Part shown: positions 22,131 to 30,673 of the stretch, piece by piece
How the letters are laid out: the number at the start of each line of letters is the position of its first letter
Numbering within the stretch: the first letter of the stretch is position 1
Assembly: GCA_035525285.1 (NCBI GenBank)
Contig: DATLFB010000120.1
Span: forward strand, 53,149 to 117,148
Direction: 5' to 3'
Source: Thermoanaerobaculia bacterium
GTDB lineage: Bacteria; Acidobacteriota; Thermoanaerobaculia; Gp7-AA8
DNA: 64,000 nt
Made by a program: the position numbers and the translations under genes
Notes under the pieces: generated by a model
Databases searched by the model: none
The model's input: the letters and a program-made list of their open reading frames with translations, nothing else
What the model was told of the DNA's origin: nothing

Positions 22131-22556
22131 CCCGGCTTCAGCCGGGCGGCTTCGGCCGGCTGAAGCCGGCGCATCCGCCGACTTTCAGTCGGCGATGACG
22201 AAGCGCGGACAGGATGTCCGCGGAACGGCGGCCTGGAAGGCCGCGCTACTCACGACGTGTAGCGCGGGCCTCCGGCCCGCCGTATCGCCGGCTTCCAGCC
22301 GGCGGAAGGGGGAACCGCCGATCGGAGATTGGCGGACCGGCCGACTGGAAGCCGGCGTTCCGTCATGCGGGCGCCGCGTCCGCTGTGACGACGGGCGCGT
22401 TGCGCACGATCGGCGGTGGGCGTGACGCCGTCACCTCGCGCTCGTGTAGGTCCCGCATCGCGGCGACGACGCCGTGCCGCTTGTCCGGCCGGAACGCCGA
22501 TTTTCAATCGGCCGGTCCGCCGACTTTCAGTGGGCGATTGGCTGGCTATTAATATT
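22131..22556. repeat. Family F: 430 bp intergenic array of at least 8 different short GC-rich hairpins (6-8 bp stems, TTC/TCC/GGA loops) between convergent GAF and MerR genes
   Basis: GCTTCAGCCGG/CCGGCTGAAGC; CCGACT-TTC-AGTCGG; CGGACA-GGA-TGTCCG; CGCGCTAC…GTAGCGCG; GCCGGCT-TCC-AGCCGGC; CCGATT-TTC-AATCGG. Confidence 0.75.
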
Positions 22557-22575
22557 AATAAAGCCGGCCGCTACG

Positions 22576-22965
22576 TTACTCCAGCATCGCGAGAATCGCG
22601 CGCAGTTCTTTCCGCACGTCGGCGAGTGCCTTCGTCAGGTCTGTTGCCGCGGCCGTCTCCGCGACCGGCCCGCTCAGCTCCGTCTCGAGCTTCTTTTTCG
22701 CGCCCGCGATCGTGAAGCCATCGCGATAGAGGAGCTCCTTGATGCGCAGGATCGTGTCGATCTCCTGGCGCGTGTAGAGCCGCTGGCCGCCTCCGCTTTT
22801 CCCCGGCGCGAGCTGCGGGAACTCGGTTTCCCAGTAGCGCAGCACGTAGGGCTGCACGTCCGCGAGCTTGCAGACTTCGCCGATCTTGTAGAGCTTCTCG
22901 TCCTGTGCCGCCGCGGCCACGCCTCGATTATAGGCGTGATGACAATCACCACCTCGTGTGCGCAC
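22576..22965 (-). CDS. MerR-family transcriptional regulator, divergent from hypF. The true start is probably internal at about 22920
   Basis: [27 protein letters not shown]; short coiled-coil C-terminus. Confidence 0.7.
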   Translation of the reverse strand: MRTRGGDCHHAYNRGVAAAAQDEKLYKIGEVCKLADVQPYVLRYWETEFPQLAPGKSGGGQRLYTRQEIDTILRIKELLYRDGFTIAGAKKKLETELSGPVAETAAATDLTKALADVRKELRAILAMLE

Positions 22966-23005
22966 TGTGGCAGCGGCGCACCGCCGCGCCGCCTACCTTT
23001 GGCGC

Positions 23006-25351
23006 ATGCCTCTCGTTGGCCGGCACATCGAAATTCGCGGCGTCGTACAGGGCGTCGGATTTCGCCCGTGGGTCTATCAGCTCGCCACGCGTGAAGGCGT
23101 CGCAGGACGCGTGCACAACGATTCGCGCGGCGTGGTCATCGACGCGTTCGGGACCGCCGAGGCGATCGAGAACTTCACGCTCGACCTCGGCAAGAGCATG
23201 CCCGTCACCGCGCGCGTACGCGAGATCGACTGGCAGTCGATTCCGTACGAGCCCGTCACCGGCTTCGCGATCGTCGCCAGCGCGCGCGCGGGCGAGCGCA
23301 ACATCTCCATTCCGCCCGATCTCGCCACCTGTCCCGAATGCCTCGACGAGATCTTCGATCCGAACGACCGGCGTTATCTCTATCCCTTCACCAACTGCAC
23401 GCACTGCGGCCCGCGCTACACGATCGTGCGCGACGTTCCCTACGACCGTGGCAACACGACGATGGAATCGTTCGTCATGTGCGCCGGCTGCCGGCGCGAG
23501 TACCACGATCCGCTCGACCGCCGCTTTCACGCCCAGCCGAACGCGTGTCCCGCGTGCGGACCGAAGCTCACCGCGTTGCGGCCGAACGGCCGCGAGATCG
23601 TGACCCACTCGCCGATCCGCTTCGTCGCGCGCGCGCTGAAGGCCCATCTCATCGTCGCCGTGAAAGGTCTCGGCGGATTTCATCTCGCCTGCGACGCGAT
23701 GTCATCGCTCGCGATCAATCGCCTGCGCGAGCGGAAGCGCCGCGAGGCCAGGCCGCTCGCGATCATGGTGCGCGACCTCGCGCAGGCCGAGGAGCTCGCC
23801 GATCTGACGAACGCGGAGCGCGCGCTGCTCGCATCGGTCGAGCGTCCGATCGTGCTCGTGCGCCGCCGCCGTTCCACGCTTCCCGACGAGATCGCGCCCG
23901 GAAGCCCGCTGGTCGGACTCTTTCTGCCGTACACGCCGCTGCATCACATCCTGTTGCGCGAGTGCGGCATCCCGCTGGTGATGACCTCGGGCAACGTCTC
24001 CGACAACCCGATGTGCACGAGCAACGACGACGCGCTCGACTCGCTGTCGGAGATCGCCGATCTCTTCCTGATGCACGACCGAAATATCGAAACGCGCGCC
24101 GATGACTCGGTCACGCGCGTGATCGCCGGCGCGCCGATGATCATGCGCCGCGCACGCGGCTACGTCCCGCGCGGCGTGGAGTTGAAGCGCGCGTTCGCCG
24201 AGCCGGTCCTCGCCGTCGGCGCACATCTGAAGAACGCGATCTGCATCGGCGCAGGTAAGCAAGCCTTCCTCGGCCCGCACGTCGGCGATCTCTTAACGCT
24301 CGAGACGGAGGTGGCTTTCGAACAGAGCATCGAGCAGATGAAGAAGTTCGTGGGCGTCGACCCGAAAATCATCGCGCACGATCTGCATCCGGATTACGCC
24401 AGCACTCACTGGGCGGAGGACAGGCGATCTCGCCTGTCCGGACAGGCAGGATTGCCTGTCCTCCACACCATCGCCATCCAACACCACCACGCGCATGTCG
24501 TGAGCGCGATGGCCGAGCACGGCCTCGACGGCACGGCGATCGGCGTCGCGTACGACGGCACCGGCTACGGCACCGACGGCACCTCGTGGGGCGGCGAGAT
24601 CCTCATCGCGAGCTTCACCGGCTTCGAGCGCTTCGCAACCTTCCGTCCCATCGCGCTCGCCGGCGGCGATCAGGCCATCCGCCAGGTGTGGCGCATTGCG
24701 CTCGCGTTGCTCGACGACGCCTTCGACGGTACTCCGCCGCTGCATGCGCTGCCGCTCTTCCGCATGCTCGAGCGTCCGGCGATCGAATCGATCCGCCGCA
24801 TGATCGCGAACAACGTCAACACGCCCCGCGCCCGCGGCGTCGGCCGCTACTTCGACGCCCTCGGCGCAATTGGACTCGCCATGCCGGTCGCGCGCTTCGA
24901 AGGCGAAATCGCGATGGCATGGAACAACGTCGCCGACCCGCTCGAGCACGGCCGCTACGAAGTCGTCGTGCGCGACGGCGTCACGCCATGGGAGATCGAT
25001 CCGCGCCCGATGATCAAGAGCGCCGTGCTCGAGCTCCTGCGCGGCGTCTCGCTCCCGACCATCTCCGCACGCTTCCACAACACGATCGCCGCGGCGACCG
25101 TCGAAGTCGTGCGCGCGGCAACCGCCACGCACGGCAACCTCCCGATCGTCCTCACCGGCGGCTGCTTCCAGAACGCGCTGCTCGCGGAGTCGGTCCTCAA
25201 ACGTCTTCCGCGTGCGTACATCATTCGAAGCATTCCCCCAGGCGACGGTGGCATCGCGCTAGGCCAAGCCGTGATCGCCGATGCCCTTCACCGGGAAGCC
25301 GGGCAACCGGGAAACCGGGAAGCCGGGCGGGAGGTAACAACATGTGCCTAG
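23006..25351 (+). CDS. hypF: Carbamoyltransferase HypF ([NiFe]-hydrogenase maturation)
   Basis: Acylphosphatase domain (EIRGVVQGVGFRPWVY); two CxxC...CxxC zinc fingers (CPECLDE...CTHCGPRY; CAGCRRE...CPACGP); YrdC and Kae1-like domains. Carries in-frame family B (24414-24468) and family C (25289-25331) repeats. Confidence 0.9.
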   Translation: MPLVGRHIEIRGVVQGVGFRPWVYQLATREGVAGRVHNDSRGVVIDAFGTAEAIENFTLDLGKSMPVTARVREIDWQSIPYEPVTGFAIVASARAGERNISIPPDLATCPECLDEIFDPNDRRYLYPFTNCTHCGPRYTIVRDVPYDRGNTTMESFVMCAGCRREYHDPLDRRFHAQPNACPACGPKLTALRPNGREIVTHSPIRFVARALKAHLIVAVKGLGGFHLACDAMSSLAINRLRERKRREARPLAIMVRDLAQAEELADLTNAERALLASVERPIVLVRRRRSTLPDEIAPGSPLVGLFLPYTPLHHILLRECGIPLVMTSGNVSDNPMCTSNDDALDSLSEIADLFLMHDRNIETRADDSVTRVIAGAPMIMRRARGYVPRGVELKRAFAEPVLAVGAHLKNAICIGAGKQAFLGPHVGDLLTLETEVAFEQSIEQMKKFVGVDPKIIAHDLHPDYASTHWAEDRRSRLSGQAGLPVLHTIAIQHHHAHVVSAMAEHGLDGTAIGVAYDGTGYGTDGTSWGGEILIASFTGFERFATFRPIALAGGDQAIRQVWRIALALLDDAFDGTPPLHALPLFRMLERPAIESIRRMIANNVNTPRARGVGRYFDALGAIGLAMPVARFEGEIAMAWNNVADPLEHGRYEVVVRDGVTPWEIDPRPMIKSAVLELLRGVSLPTISARFHNTIAAATVEVVRAATATHGNLPIVLTGGCFQNALLAESVLKRLPRAYIIRSIPPGDGGIALGQAVIADALHREAGQPGNREAGREVTTCA
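24414..24468. repeat. Family B repeat in-frame in hypF
   Basis: Translated as EDRRSRLSGQAGLPVLH. Confidence 0.85.
25289..25331. repeat. Family C repeat (inverted runs of 9-mer GTTGCCCGG / CCGGGCAAC-like units), in-frame at the hypF 3' end
   Basis: gggaagccgggcaaccgggaaaccgggaagccgggcggg. Confidence 0.7.
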
Positions 25352-25617
25352 GCGTCCCTGGCCGCGTCGTCTCCATCGAAGGCAGCATGGCCACTGTCGA
25401 TTTCTGGGGCATTCGCCGGCAGGTCTGCCTCGACATCTGCGACGAGCTCGTCGCACCCGGCGACTACATCCTCAACCACGTCGGCTTCGCCATCCGCCGC
25501 ATCCCGCCCGAGACGATCGCCGAGACCCTCTCGCTTTATGAAACGCTCATGCTCGAAGCGGAAGACGACGCCATGGCCGCGGACGTGCGCGGCGAGATCG
25601 AGGCAGCGCGTGAGTGA
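25342..25617 (+). CDS. hypC: Hydrogenase maturation chaperone HypC
   Basis: Starts MCLGVPGRVV (conserved N-terminal Cys2); 91 aa. Confidence 0.85.
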   Translation: MCLGVPGRVVSIEGSMATVDFWGIRRQVCLDICDELVAPGDYILNHVGFAIRRIPPETIAETLSLYETLMLEAEDDAMAADVRGEIEAARE

Positions 25618-26728
25618 GCTCAAGTTCCGCGACCCCGCGATGGCGCGGCATCTCGCGGAGACGCTTGTGCGGCTGATCGACGAGATTGGCCGCAAGGTCG
25701 CGGTCATGCACGTCTGCGGCTCGCACGAGCAGGCGATCGCGAAATTCGGTCTGCGCTCGCTCTTCCCCAAAAATCTCGAAGTGATCATGGGACCGGGATG
25801 CCCGGTCTGCGTCACGGACGTCCCCGAGGTCGACGAAGGCGTCGTGCTTGCGCGCGACGGCGTGCGCATCGCCACGTACGGCGACATGCTCAGAGTGCCC
25901 GGCACCGTGCAGTCCCTCGCGGACGCGCAGGCGAGCGGCGCGAAGATCGACATCATCTACTCCCCTTCGCAGGTCGTCGACATCGCGAAGAGCACGGACG
26001 AGGAAGTCGTCTTCTTCGCGACCGGATTCGAGACCACCGCCGTCGCCACGGCCGCGATCATCACCAGCGATCCGCCGAAGAACCTTTCCGTGCTTTCGGC
26101 GCACAAGTACATCCCGCCGGTGATGGAGATCGTGAGCGAGATGCCGGAGTCGCGCGTGGAAGGATTCCTCGCCGCCGGCCACGCCGCGACGATCACGGGA
26201 TGGGCGGTGTTCGAGCCGTTCGTCGAGCGCCATAAAGTGCCCGTCGTCGTCGCCGGCTTCGAGCCGCTCGACATCCTCGCGGGACTCGTCGAGCTGGTCA
26301 CGCTCATCCGCGACAAGGAAGCGAGAGTCGTGAACACCTTCCCGCGCTGCGTCACGCGCGAAGGCAACCTTCCCGCGCAGGAACAGCTCTGGCGCGTGTT
26401 CAAAACGATCGGCGGGCGCTGGCGCGGCATCGCGCACGTGCCGAACGGCAATCTCCGCCTGCGCGATGAATGGGCGCACGTCGACGCGCGCAAGCGCTTC
26501 AGGATCGACGTGACGTCGCTGTGGGATTACGCGCCGCCGCACCTCGCGCATCAGTGCATCTGCGGCGACATCATGGCCGGCATCCGCAACCCGGTCGACT
26601 GCAAGCTGTTCAACCGCGAGTGCACGCCCGAGAACCCCGTCGGCGCCTGCATGGTCTCGAACGAAGGCACATGCAAGATCTGGCATCTGTACGGTGGAGT
26701 CCCTGATCTCTCCGAGGTGGCGGTATGA
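25610..26728 (+). CDS. hypD: Hydrogenase maturation protein HypD. GTG start at 25610 is inferred from overlap with the hypC stop
   Basis: CGSHEQAI, GPGCPVC and FEPLD...CxxxC motifs. Confidence 0.85.
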   Translation: MSELKFRDPAMARHLAETLVRLIDEIGRKVAVMHVCGSHEQAIAKFGLRSLFPKNLEVIMGPGCPVCVTDVPEVDEGVVLARDGVRIATYGDMLRVPGTVQSLADAQASGAKIDIIYSPSQVVDIAKSTDEEVVFFATGFETTAVATAAIITSDPPKNLSVLSAHKYIPPVMEIVSEMPESRVEGFLAAGHAATITGWAVFEPFVERHKVPVVVAGFEPLDILAGLVELVTLIRDKEARVVNTFPRCVTREGNLPAQEQLWRVFKTIGGRWRGIAHVPNGNLRLRDEWAHVDARKRFRIDVTSLWDYAPPHLAHQCICGDIMAGIRNPVDCKLFNRECTPENPVGACMVSNEGTCKIWHLYGGVPDLSEVAV

Positions 26729-27810
26729 GTGCACAAACAACAGTGGAGGACAGGCGATCCCGCCTGTCCGGGCAGGCAGGATTGCCTGCCCTCCACGGCC
26801 GCGTCACCCTCAAACAGGGCGGCGGCGGCCGCGCCATGCGCGCCCTCATCGAGAAACTCTTCGTCCGCGAGTTCGCCGCCATGCCCTTCGATGGCGTCGG
26901 CCTTGCGGCGATGGACGACGGTGCCGCAATCCCGATCGGCAGCGAATGGCTCATCGTCACGACCGACTCGCACGTCATCCACCCGATCTTCTTCCCCGGC
27001 GGCGACATCGGCCGCATCTCGATCAGCGGCACGGTGAACGATCTCGCGATGATGGGCGCGACGCGCCTCCTCGGCATCACCTGCGGTCTGATCCTCGAGG
27101 AAGGCTTTCCGCTCGACCAGCTCGAAAGGGTCCAGCGCTCGCTCGTCGACACCTGCATCGAGGCCGGCACGCTCGTCATCACCGGCGACACGAAAGTCAT
27201 GGGCCGCGGCGAGATCGACGGCATCGTGATCAACACGACCGGCGTCGCGCTCGCGAAGCGCGTGGTGCGCGACAACGGACTGCGCGCCGGCGACCGCATC
27301 GTCGTCACCGGCACGATGGGCGACCACGGCCTCGCGGTCATGTCCGCGCGGCACGGGCTGCAGCTCGAAGGCGATCTCGTCTCCGACGTCGCTCCGATTC
27401 ACTCGCTCATCGCAACGGTCCTCGAGGCGATGCCGGAGGCGATCACCGCGATGAAGGACCCGACGCGCGGCGGCCTGTCCTCCGCGCTGCACGAGATGGC
27501 GCAGAAGAGCAACGTTGGCATCATCCTCGAGGAGCGCAACGTGCCCGTCACCGACGCCGTTCGCGCCGCCGGCGAGATCCTCGGCATCGATCCGCTGCAC
27601 GTGGCGAACGAAGGAAAAGCGGTGATCGGCGTGCGTGCGGAAGATGCGGAGCGCCTCGTCGCCCTGCTGCGCGCGCATCCGCTCGGCCGCGATGCGGCGA
27701 TCGCCGGCACCTGCATCGCCGAGCGGCCGGGCGGAATCATTCTCGACACGGGATTCGGACGGAGGCTGCTGGCGGAGCCGGAAGGCGAGCCGCTGCCGCG
27801 CATATGCTGA
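26725..27810 (+). CDS. hypE: Hydrogenase maturation protein HypE (carbamoyl dehydratase)
   Basis: PurM-like fold; C-terminal ...PRIC terminal cysteine. A family B repeat encodes residues about 6-23. Confidence 0.9.
   Translation: MSAQTTVEDRRSRLSGQAGLPALHGRVTLKQGGGGRAMRALIEKLFVREFAAMPFDGVGLAAMDDGAAIPIGSEWLIVTTDSHVIHPIFFPGGDIGRISISGTVNDLAMMGATRLLGITCGLILEEGFPLDQLERVQRSLVDTCIEAGTLVITGDTKVMGRGEIDGIVINTTGVALAKRVVRDNGLRAGDRIVVTGTMGDHGLAVMSARHGLQLEGDLVSDVAPIHSLIATVLEAMPEAITAMKDPTRGGLSSALHEMAQKSNVGIILEERNVPVTDAVRAAGEILGIDPLHVANEGKAVIGVRAEDAERLVALLRAHPLGRDAAIAGTCIAERPGGIILDTGFGRRLLAEPEGEPLPRIC
26743..26796. repeat. Family B repeat in-frame at the hypE N-terminus
   Basis: Translated as VEDRRSRLSGQAGLPALH. 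Confidence 0.85.
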
Positions 27811-28490
27811 ACATCGGCGTCCTCTGCTCGCGCCGCGCGCCCGGCCTCGATGTGCTGCTCGCGCATGGGAGGGCGGACGTCTCGTCCGCCGCCGTGGGGC
27901 GGACGGGACGTCCGCCCTCCTTCGAGATCGGCTGCGTCATCGCCACGCATCCCGGCACTCCGTACCTCACCCGTCCCGTCTTCTCGCCGCGCCGCGAGTA
28001 CGACGCCGGGACGCGCGACCTCCTCCGCGCCGCCGGCACGGATCTCGTCCTGCTCCTCGGCTACACGTACATCGTCACCGACACGCTGCTCTACGAATAT
28101 CCGATTCTCAACATCCACGACAGCGATCTGCGCATCACGCGTCCCGACGGCGAGCGCCGCTACACCGGCCTCCACTCCACGCGCGACGCGATCCTCGCGG
28201 GCGAGAAGGAAACGCGCTCGACGCTTCACGTCGTCACGGACAAGCTCGACGGCGGACCGATCATCAGCGTGAGCCGCGCCTATCCGGTCGCGCCATTCGT
28301 TCACGATGCCGCGAAGGCAGGCTACATGGACATCGTGAGGGCGTACGCCTACGCGCAGCGCGAATGGATGATGCGCGACTCGTGGGGCGAGATGCTCGTC
28401 GCGGCGCTGAGCAATGGAGGGCGGACGTCCCGTCCGCCCAACGTAGGCGGACGAGACGTCCGCCCTCCTCATGCGGAGGCGGCCGCATGA
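27804..28490 (+). CDS. hypX: HypX N-terminal domain as a separate ORF (formyl-THF-dependent formyltransferase fold)
   Basis: Fmt/PurN-like ILNIHDSDL...DAILAGEKETRSTLHVVTDKLDGGPII. Two in-frame family A repeats at 27867-27920 and 28416-28470. Ends with a TGA that overlaps the ATG of the crotonase ORF. Confidence 0.6.
   Translation: MLNIGVLCSRRAPGLDVLLAHGRADVSSAAVGRTGRPPSFEIGCVIATHPGTPYLTRPVFSPRREYDAGTRDLLRAAGTDLVLLLGYTYIVTDTLLYEYPILNIHDSDLRITRPDGERRYTGLHSTRDAILAGEKETRSTLHVVTDKLDGGPIISVSRAYPVAPFVHDAAKAGYMDIVRAYAYAQREWMMRDSWGEMLVAALSNGGRTSRPPNVGGRDVRPPHAEAAA
27867..27920. repeat. Family A repeat in-frame in the hypX N-domain
   Basis: Encodes …GRADVSSAAVGRTGRPPS…. Confidence 0.8.
28416..28470. 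repeat. Family A repeat at the hypX N-domain/C-domain junction
   Basis: Encodes …GGRTSRPPNVGGRDVRPP… and ends 17 nt before the ATGA junction. Confidence 0.8.
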
Positions 28491-29266
28491 CGCACATCGT
28501 CACGCACGTCGACGGCGCCGTCGGGGTCATCACCATCGACCGGAAGGAGCGCTTCAACTCGCTCGACGTCGACACCGCGCGCGATCTCCGCAAGGCGGGA
28601 CTCGCGTTCGCGCGCGATGCGAACGTGCGCGCGGTTGTGCTTCGCGGCGCGCACGGCATCTTCTGCAGCGGCGCCGATCTGAAGTACATTTGGGCCGCGG
28701 AAGCGAGTTACGGCGACACCTTCCAGCAGATCCTCGAATACATTCACTCCACGATCTCCGAGATCCGCCGCGCGCCGAAGCCCTTCATCGCGGCAGTCGA
28801 CGGCGTCGCCGCCGCGGGCGGGTTCGGTCTGGCGATGTCGTGCGATCTCGTCGTCGCGTCCGAGCGCGCGTGGTTTGAGTGGGCGTATGCGAAGACGGGC
28901 CTCACCGGCGCGGAGAGCTCGACGTTCATGCTCCCGCGCCTGATCGGCCTCCGCCGCGCGATGGAACTGCTCTTTCTGAATCCGCGGCTCGATGCGCATC
29001 GCGCGCTCGACTACGGACTGATCACCGCGGTCTCGCCCATCGAGACCTTCGACGACGACGTGATGGCGATGGCGCGGAAACTGTCCGAGGGGCCGACGGA
29101 GGCGCTGGGCATCGCCAAGGATCTGATCAATCAGGCCTCCGGCATGGACCGGCTCGACTACCACCTCGATCGCGAGCTCGACCAGCTCGCGCGCATCGCG
29201 AACGGGAAAAACGTTGCGGAGGGGCTGAGCGCATTCTTCGAGAAGCGCGCGCCGCAGTTCACATGA
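28487..29266 (+). CDS. hypX: HypX C-terminal domain as a separate ORF (enoyl-CoA hydratase/crotonase fold)
   Basis: Crotonase signature GVITIDRKERFNSLD...CSGADL...AAVDGVAAAGGFGLAMSCD. Start overlaps the upstream stop (ATGA). Confidence 0.6.
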   Translation: MTHIVTHVDGAVGVITIDRKERFNSLDVDTARDLRKAGLAFARDANVRAVVLRGAHGIFCSGADLKYIWAAEASYGDTFQQILEYIHSTISEIRRAPKPFIAAVDGVAAAGGFGLAMSCDLVVASERAWFEWAYAKTGLTGAESSTFMLPRLIGLRRAMELLFLNPRLDAHRALDYGLITAVSPIETFDDDVMAMARKLSEGPTEALGIAKDLINQASGMDRLDYHLDRELDQLARIANGKNVAEGLSAFFEKRAPQFT

Positions 29267-29934
29267 CACTCCTCGCATTGATGATCACCGCCGCGACCGT
29301 CGGCGCGCTGCACTCCCTCGCGCCCGACCACTGGCTTCCGTTCGCCGCGCTCGCCCGCGCCCGCAACTGGACGCCGCTGCGCACCTCGCGTCTCGCCTTT
29401 CTCTGCGCCCTCGGACACGTGACCGTTTCCGCGCTCTTCGGCGTGCTCGCGGTGCTCATCGGACGCGAGGCCGTCGAGGCCTTCGGAACGACGCTGCAAT
29501 CGGGTGCGCCGCTTTTGCTCATCGGCTTCGGCTTCGTCTATCTCGTCCTCGCGCTGTGGCGGATCTCCCGCGGAAAGCTCCTGCATCACGTCGATCATCT
29601 CGAAGGCGTCGCGCACGACCACGGACACGGCGCTCATCATCACAGTCACGGGAAGCCGCTGACGGAGATGGGACTCTTCGTGCTGTTCTGTCTCGACCCG
29701 TGCGTCGCGCTCATTCCGATGATCGTCGCGGCATCGACCCTCGGCTGGAACGCCGTCGGCGCGGTCGTGGTGGTGTACGAGATCGCGACGATCAGTGCGA
29801 TCGTCGTGCTCGTGCAGCTCGCGCACGCGGGCGTTCGGAAGATCCGGATGCCGTGGATCGACCGCTACGGCGACGCGGCGGCGGGCGCGTTGATCATTCT
29901 GCTCGGTGCGCTCGTCACAGTCGTGGGTATCTGA
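29263..29934 (+). CDS. Nickel/cobalt permease-like membrane protein (NicO / HupE-UreJ type)
   Basis: HSLAPDHW (H-x4-DH) motif in TM1; His-rich loop HHVDHLEGVAHDHGHGAHHHSHG; 6 TM segments; coupled to the hyp genes. Confidence 0.6.
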   Translation: MTLLALMITAATVGALHSLAPDHWLPFAALARARNWTPLRTSRLAFLCALGHVTVSALFGVLAVLIGREAVEAFGTTLQSGAPLLLIGFGFVYLVLALWRISRGKLLHHVDHLEGVAHDHGHGAHHHSHGKPLTEMGLFVLFCLDPCVALIPMIVAASTLGWNAVGAVVVVYEIATISAIVVLVQLAHAGVRKIRMPWIDRYGDAAAGALIILLGALVTVVGI

Positions 29935-30566
29935 TGGTCACAGATTCGCACGGACATGACCCTTACAACCACCTCATGGACATCGATGCCGCACAACTGA
30001 CGATCCCTCCCCGGCCTGTCGCGGCAGTCGTTTTCGCCACCGCGCCGGCGCTGCCCGACGACCATCGCGATGAAGCGATCGCCAGAGATCTGTACGCCCT
30101 CGGCGTCGCCACGATCCGCGTCCCGCTGCTCACCGTCGGCGAACTGATGACGCCTCTGCGCTCCGACGCCGAGGTTCTCGCCGACCGCTTCATCCTGCTC
30201 ACGCAGTGGATCCGCACGAAACGCGAGGTCGCCGGCATTCCGATCGCACTCGCGGCGTCGAGCTGCGCCGCGGCCGGCGCGATCATCGCCGCCGCGCAAC
30301 AGCCGCAGCTCGCAAGCGCGGTCGTGGCCATCGACGGGCGCACCGACCTCGCGGTCGATGTGCTGCGCGAGCTGCGCACGCCGACGCTCCTCCTCGTGCG
30401 CGACATGCCCGTCCTGCGGATGAACCGCGAGGCGCTGGCGATGATGCGCTGCGAGCGGCGGCTCGAGATCGTGCACGAAGGCAGCGACGCGCTCGCGACG
30501 AAGTGCGTGAACTGGCTCGCGGACAAGTTCGCCCTCGTCCCGGCGGACGCGTACGGGATGGTCTGA
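29934..30566 (+). CDS. Alpha/beta-hydrolase-like protein (dienelactone-hydrolase-like?); last gene of the hyp operon
   Basis: ATG overlaps the upstream stop; AASSCAAAG possible nucleophile elbow; no firm family assignment. Confidence 0.4.
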   Translation: MVTDSHGHDPYNHLMDIDAAQLTIPPRPVAAVVFATAPALPDDHRDEAIARDLYALGVATIRVPLLTVGELMTPLRSDAEVLADRFILLTQWIRTKREVAGIPIALAASSCAAAGAIIAAAQQPQLASAVVAIDGRTDLAVDVLRELRTPTLLLVRDMPVLRMNREALAMMRCERRLEIVHEGSDALATKCVNWLADKFALVPADAYGMV

Positions 30567-30572
30567 CGCGAA

Positions 30573-30668
30573 TGTCATCCCGAGCATAGCGAGGGACCTG
30601 GGCGGCTGGGGGGCGCGATCATCGAGCCACCCGCCCACACAGGTCCCTCGCTGACGCTCGGGATGACA
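30573..30668. repeat. Family D MITE-like element (core form)
   Basis: TGTCATCCCGAGCATAGCGAGGGACC…GGTCCCTCGCTGACGCTCGGGATGACA; between the convergent hyp operon end and the Cys-rich gene. Confidence 0.85.
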
Positions 30669-30673
30669 AACGC

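Noticed and set aside
27804-29266. Reading the two ORFs after hypE as ordinary PurN/Fmt and fatty-acid enoyl-CoA hydratase genes
   Set aside because: They are coupled by ATGA overlaps inside the hyp operon, and the Fmt-plus-crotonase pairing is the diagnostic HypX architecture; independent housekeeping roles are much less parsimonious.
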